Part shown: positions 1 to 12,044 of the stretch, one piece after another
How the letters are laid out: each line of letters opens with the position of its first letter
Numbering within the stretch: the stretch's first letter is position 1
Assembly (NCBI GenBank): GCA_977017575.1
Contig: CDRNVI010000087.1
Location: 248,001-312,000 of the forward strand
Source of the DNA: Paramoeba atlantica
Lineage: Eukaryota > Protista > Discosea
Direction: 5' to 3'
DNA length: 64,000 nt
Program-made: the position numbers and the translations under genes
Notes under the pieces: generated by a model
What the model was told of the DNA's origin: nothing
The model's database searches: none
What the model saw: only the letters and a program-made list of their open reading frames with translations

Positions 1-2780
1 CGTCCAGAACACATCCAGGCCGCCATTTTGGAACACGCCGACAAGAAGGTGGGTCCTCTTTCGTTCCTCACTCGCCTCGTGAACCACATGCTCCAAGGAA
101 AGGCACCGCCAGAGGTACAACTGTTCTACGCTGGAGCCCGTCTCTGCGCTCTGGAGAAAGGTGAAGAAGATGTCCGACCCATAGCAGCAGGCGAAACCCT
201 CAGACGTCTAGTAAGCAAAGCGGCATGCGTCGCCGTAAAGGAGAAGGCTGAAACTTTATTCCGGGGAAGACAGTATGGTGTGGCTGCATCCGCGGGGGCC
301 GAACGAGTAATTCATCTGTGCCGGAAAACAATGCTAAACAACATGGGGAGCGACAGTCTTGTTCTCTGTAAGGTAGACCTCAGAAATGCGTTCAACAACG
401 TCAGCAGGCCTGTCTTCACTTTGCTCACACGTCTCAATTTTCCAGAACTTTCACCCTGGGTGGAATGGTGCTACACAAACCCGAGTTGTCTTACCTACGG
501 GAATCACTTCCTATCCTCAGCCGAAGGCGTCCAGCAAGGTGACCCATTGGGTCCGCTTCTCTTCTCTCTAGTCCTTTCTGGGGTAACCGAGGAAATATCA
601 TCCCGATCAAACCTAGATTCGCAACTATGGTATTTGGACGACGGAGTTCTCATGGGGGAGGCGGCGGAGGTTCGAAAGGCGCTTGACGTTTTTTCCGAGG
701 TTGGTTCACAATGCGGGCTATTTCTGAATCCGAACAAGTGTGAAATAATAACGCCACCTGCCTCAGCCCATCACACGACTTTATTTCCGGAAATACCTAC
801 CGCCAAAATTCGTGTTGACGGGAATTTCGATATTCTCGGATCCCCGATTGGGTCTGCGGAGCACTGCGCGGAGTTCCTAATGTCTCACGCCATCGAACCC
901 GCACGCGAGACTCTCGCAGCAATAGGGCTAATAGGCGATCCACAAGTTGCCATCGCCCTCATCCGCCAGTGCACTGGCTTCTGCCAAATGGTGTACACTC
1001 TCCGCACCACACCCCCCCAGGCTCTTTTTCAACTTTGTAGCCTACTAGACGAAACCGTTCTTAAAGCTGTCGAGTGGGCACTTTTCCCCCTGGAACCCCA
1101 CGCACGTGACCAAATCCAACGAAGGAAACGCCACGGAGGTTTCGGCCTTAGGTCTGCAACACTCCACGCGACAGCCGCTTACGTTTCTTCCGTCGCGCAC
1201 GCCGCCGACATAGACGACTGGGATCCTACAGAGGCTGATGGATTCGCCATTTCGGTACAAGACGTAAACCGTAAAGCAGGAGTAGCGCTAGTGGATCCCA
1301 ACACGGGGCGCACACCCAAGCAGGACAAGCCACTCCCATACTCAGGCCACCATCACAACTTCCTCCCGAAAAGGAAACGCCCACGGAGCACTCAAAACAA
1401 AATGGAAGCGGACAGGGCAACCGCGCCGGAGATGGTCATCCCTCGACAGCAGCAACTCAGCCAGGCTATCTCACAGCAGGAATTCACCACAGCACCGAGC
1501 AGGCTGACCCTCGCACTCGCGCACGGTGGGTTTCAGAGTCGGGTAAGGGAGCAGGTAGCTGGGCTTTCGTGACGCCCTCTAGGAGCAAAGGATACGCCTT
1601 CACACCAACAGAGTTCCGCACGCTGTCCCGCTGGTGGCTGGGATCCGACATCTATCAAGAAGATCGCCCTTGCCCAGCGAAGGGATGCACATTACCTCTG
1701 CAGAAAAATGGGGAACATGCATTGTTATGTAAGAACGGACATGGCCTCATCACCCGTCACAACGCGGTCTGTGAGCAATTCACAGCATTCTGCAGAAAAG
1801 CCGACATAGCTCCGCAAAGGGAGAAAAGCCTGGGAAATCGTGGTCCAAGAGGGGGTCTCACCAGACCTGCTGACGTGTTTCTCCCGAATTACACCCTGGG
1901 AAGTGGTATGGTGTTAGACTTCGCAGTCACCCACGCACAGCAACTAAAGTATTTGGACTCTGTCCGGAATGCTAGCTGGGTGGCTGCGGGATCTTTCGCT
2001 GAACACTACTCAGCAACGAAGGATAAACAACGCCAGGAAGCGGAGGAAGCGAAATTACTTTTTACGGCCATGGTAGTTGAATCCTTTGGCTCGTGGAGTA
2101 AAAGCGCGATGGCTGTTTTGTGGAAGGTGGGGGCGTTACGCGCAAACGCGTCAAACGGTCTACTCACAGACACTCAAGCCCGAAATGACCTTCTCAAAGA
2201 GCTGAACGTGGCTCTCATGCGCTCCCAGGCCCGGATGATGGTCTCTAGGATAGTCGTCAGTGACCCTGACGCTCCCCTGGAAGGGGCCTAAGGGATCTCG
2301 GGAATACCCACTGGGACATAAACCGCTGGTCCGGATGCTGGTCGGTGCCGACAGGGTCTATGCTCACGCCTAGTCCGTCAGGGCTAGGTACCCCAAGTGA
2401 GGTAGGACAAGGGTAGGGAACTTTGTTCCTCCCCGTCGGCCAGCATCATGCTCCGCGACCGTGCCGCTGTCGGCACAGGCCCATTGCTTGCGCCCTCTCG
2501 TACAACAAGAGAAGGGTTAACAAGGCAAGCTGGGAGTGGTCGAAAGACCCGGTTCGGAACATGCATGAGGAAGATGGGAGCGCGAATGGATTGGAGAAGA
2601 CCTCGCCTCCCCCCTTTTTTATCATCAAAAACCCTCTTGTGGCGTAGGTGCGAGGCGAGGCAGAGGGAGACCTTACCCTCCCTGGAAAGGTGGAAGTTCG
2701 GTAAGGGGAAGTGGGAAAGTTGGGAAGTGGGAAAGTTGGGAAGTGGGAAGGTTGGGAAGTGGGAAAGTTGGTTCGCTAGT
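1..2780 (+). mobile_element. CRE-clade non-LTR retrotransposon (5' part outside window; 3' end approximate)
   Basis: RT motifs RPIAAGETLRRLVSK, VDLRNAFN, GVQQGDPLGPLLFSL, YLDD and the CRE-typical RHGGFGLRSA..TAAYVSS. Downstream CCHC/RLE: CPAKGC...GEHALLC...RHNAV...RPADV...DFAVTH...K. Structured 3' UTR follows. Confidence 0.85.
28..2291 (+). pseudogene. CRE RT-RLE polyprotein, frameshifted near 1485-1500
   Basis: ORF 28..1572 (RT) and ORF 1569..2291 (RLE). The -1 frame from ~1490 reads STEQADPRTRARWVSESGKGAGSWAFVTPS and runs into the second ORF, so one indel separates them. Confidence 0.8.
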
Positions 2781-3510
2781 TTTTATATAGTTGTTAAAAA
2801 GAGGAAAAAGATTTAAATAAAGAAAAATATAATCTTTAAAAAAATTGCTAATTTGATTGCTTGTTTTCAAATCACTACCCCCCCCCCCCCCCAATGGACC
2901 TACTTGGTTCGTGTACTGGGTAAAAATATAGAGGCAATGCCGCGTTTCAAAAATTATAATACAAAAATAAAACAGGCCCGCGCCTGCGCCCTCCCGTATA
3001 ACAAGGGAAGGGTTCACAAGCCAGGCCGAGGAGTGGTCGAAAGACCCGGTCCGGAACGCGCGAATGGTTAGGGAGTCACCCGCACGCCGGGTGAGGTGAA
3101 GCTGAGGGAGACCTTACCCTCCCTGAGAAGTTGAAAAGTGGGGTAGGGGAAAGTAGAGAAGTAGGGAGAAAAGTGGGAAAAGTAAGTCAAAGGGGGAGAA
3201 AGTGAGAGAGAAAGAGGGGAAAGTGGAAAAAAAAAAAAAAAAAAAAAAAAACAGGCCCGCGCCTGCGCCCTCCCGTATAACAAGGGAAGGGTTCACAAGC
3301 CAGGCCGAGGAGTGGTCGAAAGACCCGGTCCGGAACGCGCGAATGGTTAGGGAGTCACCCGCACGCCGGGTGAGGTGAAGCTGAGGGAGACCTTACCCTC
3401 CCTGAGAAGTTGAAAAGTGGGGTAGGGGAAAGTAGAGAAGTAGGGAGAAAAGTGGGAAAAGTAAGTCAAAGGGGGAGAAAGTGAGAGAGAAAGAGGGGAA
3501 AGTGGAAAAT
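2474..3510 (+). repeat. Three copies of a structured ~260-300 bp module (CRE 3' UTR-like)
   Basis: Diverged copy 2474..~2775. Identical copies start at 2973 and 3252 (period 279, poly(A) 3227..3251 between them). Shared motifs GGTCGAAAGACCCGG, GCGAATGG and GAGGGAGACCTTACCCTCCCTG, then a purine-rich GGGAAAGT tract. Confidence 0.85.
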
Positions 3511-3684
3511 TTTCAACTCAATAAAATACATCCCACCTTTATGCCTTACAGATCAATGTTAATGGAGCCCATGCAAGTGGGGCTTGCACTGGCTGGCACA
3601 GATTGGCACTGGCTGGCATATAATTTATTTTATTTTATCACCCCATGCTGAGTCACAGGCCGCAAAAAACACACGTTCCGCCAG

Positions 3685-4254
3685 TTAACCACTTCCGATC
3701 CCCTGGAAAAATGGCCGTTGTGGCTTGCACTGGCTTGCACAAGTTGGAACTGGCTTGCAGTGGCGGTATGCATGGGGTCCAATAGGGTATACTATGCTTT
3801 CTTCCCATCCCTCTGTCGTCTCATCTCCTATATCAGTGTCTTTGATGAGTTGGACGACTGTCTCCATATTTTCATCATCCTCACTGTTGTCCCCTTCCTT
3901 TATGTCGCTACTCTGTTGTGCAGGCAAAGGTGATGGGATCCCCAAAACACTTGGATACCAAGTCTTCGCAATGTTCTTCCTCGTGAGTCTGTTCTGTACG
4001 CCGTTAGGGAATAACAGCGAGTATAGGTTATTCACAACATGCAATCCGCATTCATTCGTTAGCGGTTCTTGCTGCTGAACTTTCGCATATTTTACTTTTA
4101 CGTTGCTTGCAGAGGTGCCGATAATAGGCCTTAAGTGCGAAGCCAAGCTTTCCAAGTAGTCCTGGCGGGCAGTGGGAGAAAATGCCTGGTAACTGTCAAA
4201 TACGGTCATTCCCAATCAGTGGTAATGCACAAGAATGAAATGGCCGTTGAAGAT
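3685..4254 (-). pseudogene. Ulp1-like (C48) cysteine protease remnant, transposon-associated
   Basis: NGHFILVHYH*LGMTVFDSY...QQQEPLTNECGLHVVNNLY gives the H/D/Q/C catalytic set, with an in-frame TGA at 4216-4218. Homologous to 52603..52905. Truncated by the retroelement 3' end at ~4255. Confidence 0.7.
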
Positions 4255-5773
4255 TTCATTTCAGTTTCATACCGGGCGAGCCGGCAGAGAATTTAATTCG
4301 GTTTGCACACATACAACGTGTCTAACGAAAGTCTAATCAATCTTGGCGTGGTTCATCGGACCATGCGGGGTCCTCGCGCCGTGTCCAGATCACATAACTC
4401 CCGAAGATTGCACTTCGGATCATGTGTTGTACGCAGGAAGATGCCTCTTCTTCCCCATCGAACAGGACACTGACTAGTGAGGAGGTCGTGTTAGGCATTC
4501 CACGCGCTCCTATTTCAAAAACTATCGAATAGCAGGGTACATTTTCTGCACGACGCTTGAACATTAGCTGGTTGTACTTGTTTCGTTTGCGCTGATGAGC
4601 CTCAGCGAGATTCTCTTCCCAAGGTACTGTGAGTTCGATAATGTATTCGCATCCATTCTTGAGTTGCACTCAGCCGTCTGGCCGCAACAACGATAGATCG
4701 TTTGCCATCCAGTTCGGGGGGTTGCGCAGTCCCGGAATGTCAAAATGGGCTTTCGAAGTGTACGGAGACTTTAGGACATGAGTCGCGAGCTCTTGAAGCA
4801 CCAGATTATGTCGATATGAGTATCGTCCTTGCTCCAAGGATAAGGTACAGGAGGAGAGGACGTGACGCGGTGTTTGTATTTCTCTAGAACATACATGTAT
4901 GGGGCATGTCGTATTTGAGTGTGATGATATTCCCCATCTGTGGAGAGCGGCGCGGGAGGGGAGAGGTGTCAGGGTCATAATCGATGCTGCAAATCGGGAA
5001 AGCTTATGGTTATTTATTCCATTTATCGCTGCCGCAAACTGTTTAGCTGTGTCAGGATCAGCCGGGAGGTCCCACCATTTTGAACTTAATGAGGCCCGTT
5101 TTTTCAGTTTCTCTAACGTGTTCGTTTCATACTGTTTGCGTAGGGTCTCCTTGGCTCGGTTGATATCTGCAAGATCATCAAGAATATAAGTTGCTGGTCT
5201 TATCAAGCCTCGGCGGCGTAGATTCTTCTCTTCGTCTACCGTTACCCCCCCCCCCCCCCCCCCCTTACTTCACCACATTTAGCCACTCCGCATGTGGTGA
5301 AGTAAGGGGGGTGTCAGAATTTTCGCCCGATTCCTACTCTGTGATAACAGTTAACCCAGGTCAGAGATTGTAAATTTTCATTGATTTCAATATTTATTCA
5401 ATACACGATGGCCCCACCACTTCTATTCTTTAACGCGAGCCAAGTGACTCTATCCTCACCGTTGCCACACGAAACTGTTGCCGTACTGCCCTTCCCCGAT
5501 GATACTTCACCTACCCCATCCACCGCATTAATATTGAATGCATCTAACCATCTTGCTGAGCAGCCGCGGAAGGTTCGGATGGATCTTACCATACAACAAA
5601 AAAACAACCTATGTGCTAGTATAGATGCCGGCAAGTCTGTAAGCGTCGCCGCCCGAGATTACAAGGTCGAGGTAAGCACGGTACATAGAGTTTATCGGAA
5701 AAAAGAAGATTGGCATAAATTTACTCAACTTGGCTTTGGGAAATTGTTTCAGTACCACCCCCCTCGAGCAAAT

Positions 5774-5976
5774 CCAGGCATAAAGGGGCGAGGGAGATAC
5801 GAAGCAACAGATGTAGCAGATTCCCATTGAAAAGAAATCGTATCTCCGTGCACGAGAAATGCCTACCTATGCGCTCGCCTGCTTGGAGTCAACTTCGTGC
5901 AGGGAGATACGAATTCCTTTCAGTGGGAATCTGCTACATCTGTTGCTTCGTATCTGCCTCGCCCCTTTATGCCTGG
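5774..5976. mobile_element. MITE-like foldback (~75-80 bp inverted arms), probable AT target duplication
   Basis: CCAGGCATAAAGGGGCGAGGGAGATACGAAGCAACAGATGTAGCAGATTCCCA... is mirrored at ~5900..5976 and flanked by AT on both sides. Confidence 0.65.
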
Positions 5977-6094
5977 ATTCTACAAAAACAGTTTCGTCGC
6001 ATCAATCAGTAAAATTCATGGGCGTCATGGAAGTAAGAATTGACAAAAAATGTCAATCTTCTTCTCAAAAGTGGCTACTGAAGGCTTCTGAAAA

Positions 6095-7335
6095 AGTGTC
6101 CAGCTGACCACCCCCAGAAAAAGTGTTCAGCTGGCCACCCCCTGAAAAAGTGTCCAGCTGACCACCCCGTGGAAAAATGGCCAGCTGGCTACCCCCTGGA
6201 AATCTGGCCAACTGGCCACCCCCTGAAAAGTTGACCAGCTGGCCACCCCCTGGAAAAGTGGCCAGCTGACCACCCCCTGGAAAAGTGGCCAGCTGGCCAC
6301 CCCTTTAAAAAGTGGCCAGCTGGCCACCTCCTGGAAAAGTGGCCAGCTGACTACCCCCTGGTAACGTGGCCAGCTGACCACCCCCTGGTAACGTGGCCAG
6401 CTGGCCACCCCCTGGAAAAGTGGCCAGCTGGCCACCCCTTTAAAAAGTGGCCAGCTGGCCACCCCCTGGAAAAGTGGCCAACTGGCCACCCCCGTGAAAA
6501 GGTGGCCACCCCCTGGAAAAGTGGCCAGCTGACCACCCCCTGGAAAAGTGGCCAGCTGACCACCCCCTGGTAACGTGGCCAGCTGGCCACCACCTGGAAA
6601 AGTGGCCAGCTGACCACCCCTTTAAAAAGTGGCCAGCTGGCCACCCCCTGGAAAAGTGGCCAAATGGCCACCCCCTGAAAAGTGACCAACTGGCCACCCC
6701 CTGAAAAGGTGGCCAGCTGGCCACCCCTTGAAAAAGTGGCCAGCTAACCACCCGCTTAAAAAATGGCCAGCTGACCATCCCCTGGAAAAGTGGCCAGCTG
6801 ACCACACCCTGGAAAAGTGGCCAACTGGCCACCCACTGGAAAAGTGGCCAGCTGGCCACCACCTGGAAAAGTGGCCAGCTGACCACACCCTGGAAAAGTG
6901 GCCAACTGGCCACCCACTGGAAAAGTGGCCAGCTGGCCACCACCTGGAAAAGTGGCCAGCTGACCACCCCTGGAAAAAGTGGCCAGCTGACCACCCCCTT
7001 AAAAAGTGGCCAGATGACCACCCCTTTAAAAAGTGGCCAGCTAGCCACCCCCTGGAAAAGTGGCCACCTGGCCACGCCCTGAAAAGGTGGTCAGCTGGCC
7101 GCCCCCTTAAAAAGTGGCTAGCTGGCCGCCCCCTGAAAAAGTGGCCAGCTGAGCACCCCCTGAAAAAGTGGCTAGCTGGCCGCTCACTGAAAAAGTGGCC
7201 AGCTGGCCACCTCCTGGAAAAGCGGCCAGCTGGCCATCCCCTGGAAAAGTGGCCAGCTGACCACCCCCTGGAAAAGTGGCCAGCTGACCACCCCCTGGAA
7301 AAGTGGCCAGCTGGCCACCCCCTGAAAAAGTGACC
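6095..7335. repeat. 27-bp minisatellite with palindromic core (~45 units)
   Basis: Consensus GAAAAGTGGCCAGCTGGCCACCCCCTG; the core GTGGCCAGCTGGCCAC is a perfect 16-bp palindrome. Degenerate units continue to ~7500. Confidence 0.95.
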
Positions 7336-10300
7336 AGCTGCTCTTTCATGCAGGAGGTGGCCAGCTTGCGACTTTTTTTGGACGTCGCCATTCATCTTGA
7401 GTATATGAAATGCAAACTGTGTTTTTTGGTAGCCAGCTGGCCATTTTTCAAGGAGGTGGCCAGCTGACCATTGTCTCAGGGGGTGGCGAGCTGGCCACTT
7501 TTTGAAGGGCGAGAAAATCATACCTTTTTTTCGTTCATTTGTTATGCCGTCGGCGAGTGAAACGCGTTTCAAAAAGTGGTTCTGGAAGTTAGTTTAGGAG
7601 CTGAAAAATATTCCCCAAACGTTCAAACAGCTGTAGTCTGTTTGTGTGGGGAACATAATCAAGCATCTTCGCGTTTTTTCTGATTTGAAATATCCGTCTC
7701 TGAGCTGAATTCCGAGTCGCATTTTTGGTAAAAGGGCTCTAAAAACTGTTGAGTGTACTCGTTTTTTTTCATTTTTGGAGCATTACAGAGATTGATTGAA
7801 GAAAAATGTCTCTGTTTTTAAAAATTTGAAAAAATCGTTTTTATGCTCGTTTTATGCCCATTTTGGGCTCGCGGAATTAACCTTAGTAAGCGAGTTAGAT
7901 ACTCACCGTATCTCCCTCAATAAAAAATTATATGAAAAAGGGTTGCCGCAACTGCTTTTGCTACGCGAGTCTCTTTCGGCAGTCACGAAACCGACAATGT
8001 TGGGGTACTTTGCTGAAATTTCAGAGCACTTCTGTTCCCTTACCGACAAAGGAAAAGAAAAATTTTGGATTCGTATTTGCACCTTCGCCAATATTTCGCG
8101 ACGGAGTCAACGGAGCAACCCAAATGGTCCCAAAAGACATGGACGAGCGTATAGAAGCCTTTTTGAATATGATAGCTCTGCGAAATTGTGATCGCGTGGA
8201 TACGCTGTAATCGTAACAGGGGACGAGACCTGTGTTGTGTGGGAGCCCGTCAATGAAATCACATACGACACTAAAGGGACAAAGCGCGTAAAGGTTTTAA
8301 CTACAGGGAAGGAGAAGAAGACACTGGCTGCGTGGTTTTGGGGCCTCTCTGTTACGAACCAACGGCATGCAGAAAGCACGTGGGAGCATAAGGTGTTTCC
8401 TCCGCACTTAATTTGGGAAGCCCATTCAGATTCTGGAAAGGTTTCCAAAGAGGTGCTCCGGGCGGCAGAAAAGTACAATTGTACGGCAACAACGACAACA
8501 AGCGGGTGGAACACAGGAGAGTCATTTAAAAAATGGGCTGAAGCGGAATTCTTTGACAGAATGAAGTATCCTCCGCGGAAAACACTTATTATTTTGGATC
8601 TGTACGCTGCTCATCGGACAGCGGAATTATTATTGTTCTTTCGTGAGAGAGAAATCGATGTTCAATTCGTTCCAGGAGGTTGCACTTCCAAAGGACAGCT
8701 CATGGATATGGCCATCAACCAGCCTTTTAAAAAGTACTACAAGGAATGTTTTGCCTCCTGGCGTGCGTCGACGCATCATGAAATTGTCCGGCCGACGCGA
8801 AGTCTTATAACAAAATTTGCGACTCAGGCTCTGGCAAAAGTGAATTCAGAAGAATACGAAATCGAATTTAATAAGTTGCTTGTTCCAGCACTTTCCAAAA
8901 ATCTCGCACAGATTCCCATAGAATCCAGAGCCGAGCTCAGACTCTCCTCAAGCGTTATCACGGAGTCAATGGTGGATGCATCAGCCATCGCTTCACGCGT
9001 ATCACAACTGAGCATTGTCGAGGAATCTCTTGAACCAAATCAGGTCCCTCGCCTGCCACCGCGCGTTCCTGTAAAAAATCGAATTAGTCCCGCAATCGCA
9101 GCGAAAGCCATGAAGTCCGCCATAGAGTCAGCGCGTAACAGGAACTCAGCGCTTAACGCAACCCCAGTACAGGAGTGTTGTTATTGCACGCGAGCGAATT
9201 TAACTCTACGGGAGTGTAGTGAACCTGGGTGTTTAACGAAATTTCATCACATGTGTGCAATTGAAGAAAAGGGGGAAGAGAATGACAATTTCTGCGCAAA
9301 GCACTAACGATGGCCGCAGGTCAGGGCCACTGCATATATTTTCGGCAGTGTTGGGGCTTAGCGCACCTCACCTTCCCCAGCTTTTTACCTCCACAGCACC
9401 GTTTTTAATATTCGTCGTATCTAGGTTTTTCTGTGGTTTTACTTAGTGTCTTGCAAAGACGGGCGATAAGGGTTTTACTGGAGGAACTTGACAACTTAAT
9501 ATTCCCCCCCTTACTTCACCACCCCCCTTACTTCACCACAAAGTATGGGTTTTGGGCCAAAAAGTGGAGGCTAAGTAAGGGGGGGGGTAACGGTATTCGG
9601 GAGCGGAGGGCTTGTAGCACATTCGGGTCACGAGAGCTTTGCATATGGCAAAGAGCTTCCCCGGTGCAAAGGTGCCATAATTGCGATATGTTTGTAAGAT
9701 TCCATCCGCGTGAGGTATATAAGGTTTCACTACTGGTGGCAGAGGCAAAGTTCATCCACTTCTTGATATGGCGGGTAGCTCTTTTTTGTAGGCGGAGTAT
9801 CAATGAATGAGTAAGGCTGGCATGAACAACGAATTGAAAACGCAACTTTGATAGGACGGCGTGTTGGTAGATCCATAGTTTGGATGAGAGGCTGTGTGCA
9901 TTGGCGCTGATTTTTTCGAGCCACGTTATCAGATTTTCGTCCGTTTATTTGAAGAGGATTTTCGACTGCTGGGCCCCTGGAGCAAGAGTCATTCCTAGAA
10001 AGCTGCTACCTTTGTCACATATATGGGGGATGCTGCTCCCGTGAATCAAAATCTTCGGTCTTCGAGTCATATAACCGGGATGGTTTGTGCCCTTCTCCAT
10101 AGACATACACTGTATTGATGTTTGTTACGTCTGCGTCGAAGAAGGAGATCACTCAAGGCTTGGGTGTGCTCAAGAGTCCCGTTAAGCTCCGGAAGAAACC
10201 CTTTCTGTATTGTAGGGTCAATGACACCAGCTTCCAGAAGATGAGTTATAAGTCGGTGCCCGATGATGCTGTGGAACAGTTTTCCGACAGCACTTGTAAG

Positions 10301-12025
10301 GGATATTGGTCGCCAATTTTTCGGATTTCCAGTGTCACCTTTCTTGTACGTATGAGTTTCGTTACAGCTGTCTTCCAAGTTTGAGGACAGATTTCATGAC
10401 GTAAGAGATCATTGTACGTTTGCGCCAGTGTTGAGTAGAGGGAAGGGCACCTTTTTAGAATTGCATTTGTGACAGTGTCGCTCCCCGGAGCGCTGCTAGA
10501 TCTTTTCCCTTTCAGAGCTTGGGCGATGTCGTCGCTAGTAATGTCTGCCCATTTCATTTCCACAAGTGCTCGGGGTCCGAGGAAACTGTACTCTGGAAGT
10601 TTGAATTCAGTTTCGGGCGCTGTCAGTACTTTATCAAAATGATCTTGGACATCGGCCAGCTGACACGTCGGGAATTGAGGCGAGGCTTGTGCATCTCGTA
10701 GTTCAGGTCGGCTTAATGTTTCCGCTGCCGCTGTCTATGGATTCCGTGTGAAACTTTCAAGGGCCCACCTTTCTTCCATCTCTTTTCGTTGTAACCGTGA
10801 TTCCTCCTTGTAAATCCTGATCAGTCTACTGCTCTCTTTAATTTGGATCTTTACTTTTTCACGATTAGATTTTCCGTGCGTATAGCGGAGAGATATTTTT
10901 TGGTGTCGAACATCTTTTTCAAGTTCCAGGATATTTCTTTCAAGCGCAAGGGGTCGGCAACGATTTTGAGCATGACCATTGCGAGTGCGTAAGAGAAATC
11001 CTCGTGTTGGGTTGATCTCAGTGGCCAGGTCGTATGCTGATACAGCAAGAGCTGCACATAAGACTTGTGCGTTCTCGAGGGCTTCTGATGGACTCGTAGC
11101 AGGACGCAGTAACTCCGCGCATTTTGCGTATGCATTTTTCTGGACTGTTTCCCATTGGTCATCGCTTAGTTTAACCATTACTTTACCCCCTTCTATTGAA
11201 CGGTGTGTTCGAAACAGCTGCTCCACAGCAATCTGGCGGTTTGAACTTTGTGGAGTGGCATTCTTGTCACCATGAGGGGTTGAAATTGTAGTCGGAGGTA
11301 CGTCTTCGGTTTCTTGAGTCGGAAGGGAAGGAGGTCTAGTGATTTTGCAACATGGGTGTTTGTACTTCATTTTGTCTTTACACTTGTGGTGACATGGGCT
11401 AGATTTAGTTGTCGTAGCTATCTTCCCAGTTTCTGTTTGTCTAATGTTGTGTGGAGATTCTTTCTGGATTACCGTCTGTTGATAGTCCGGGGTATCGATA
11501 GCGTCTTCTTCTTTTTTCAGTGTAATGGAAAGGTGGCGGAGCGCTGGGATGTCTTGCCCACCAAGCCGCTTCCGGATAGCTTTTCCCAGCGAACCCGGTG
11601 ATTTGTATTTGGCGGAGAGCTGCAACACAGGGTCGTTTAGGAGAGTGAACCAGCTTGTATGCCGATGAACGATATCCGGAGTCCCTGTTCTATGTATTTC
11701 GATGTAGTCGCATGCGTTGTTCGATATCAGCTCTGTTATCGTAGCGGCTTCGGCCACAAGGTCGTGAGCTTGAGACTGTTTGGCTAATAGTTTCGTAATT
11801 GCGGCTTCGGCGCCCTGCAGGGATCCTATTCGTTTTCTAACAAGTGCAGATTTGCAGGCTGATTTTACATCGGGAAAGTAATGCCAACAGGATTCGGTAA
11901 TAGCCCGGATTTTAAGGGGGCGTGTCCTGCTTTGAATAAAATGCAGGAGGTCCTGCAGCGCATGCTTATGAGTTTTCTGTGGGTGGCTCGGAGTCATAAA
12001 GGAGAAAACATATAATATAAGAAAT

Positions 12026-12044
12026 CAACAAGGTACAGAAACTG
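12026..12044 (-). other. Spliced-leader relic (19 nt) at 5' end of retroelement
   Basis: Minus strand CAGTTTCTGTACCTTGTTG, then a 28-nt UTR and the ATG at 11997. Confidence 0.8.

Larger units (their letters stand above)
5239..9593 (+). mobile_element. pogo-like DD35D DNA transposon, decayed
   Basis: TIR CCGTTACCCCC(n)TTACTT at both ends with TA at 5237-38 and 9594-95. Removing it rejoins the host retroelement frame (LRSRI|DEEKNLRRRGLIRPA). HTH 5381..5773. DDE_1 GDETC / ILDLYAAH / QLMD in 8213..9307 with a C-terminal PHD-like CxxC...C....C...H..C. Frameshifts. Confidence 0.85.
4255..12044 (-). mobile_element. NeSL/HERO-like RLE retrotransposon copy 1, SL-headed, inactivated
   Basis: ORF pieces 10735..11997, 10246..10563, 10067..10378, 9528..9845, 4670..5206 and 4337..4669 align in order to 30189..34775. 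The RT core is deleted at ~10112 (KHQY joined to CMSM). Interrupted by the pogo element 5239..9593. SL relic 12026..12044; 3' hairpin 4270..4286. Confidence 0.85.

Noticed and set aside
2973-3230. HDV-like or hammerhead ribozyme in the CRE 3' module (GCGAATGG resembles J4/2)
   Set aside because: I could not build P1.1/L3 or a CTGANGA core by hand. It is kept only as a structured repeat.
6127-7572. Repetitive ORFs (EKWPAGHPL etc.) as proteins, or the array as CRISPR
   Set aside because: They are an artefact of a 27-bp unit being a multiple of three. There are no unique spacers and no cas genes.
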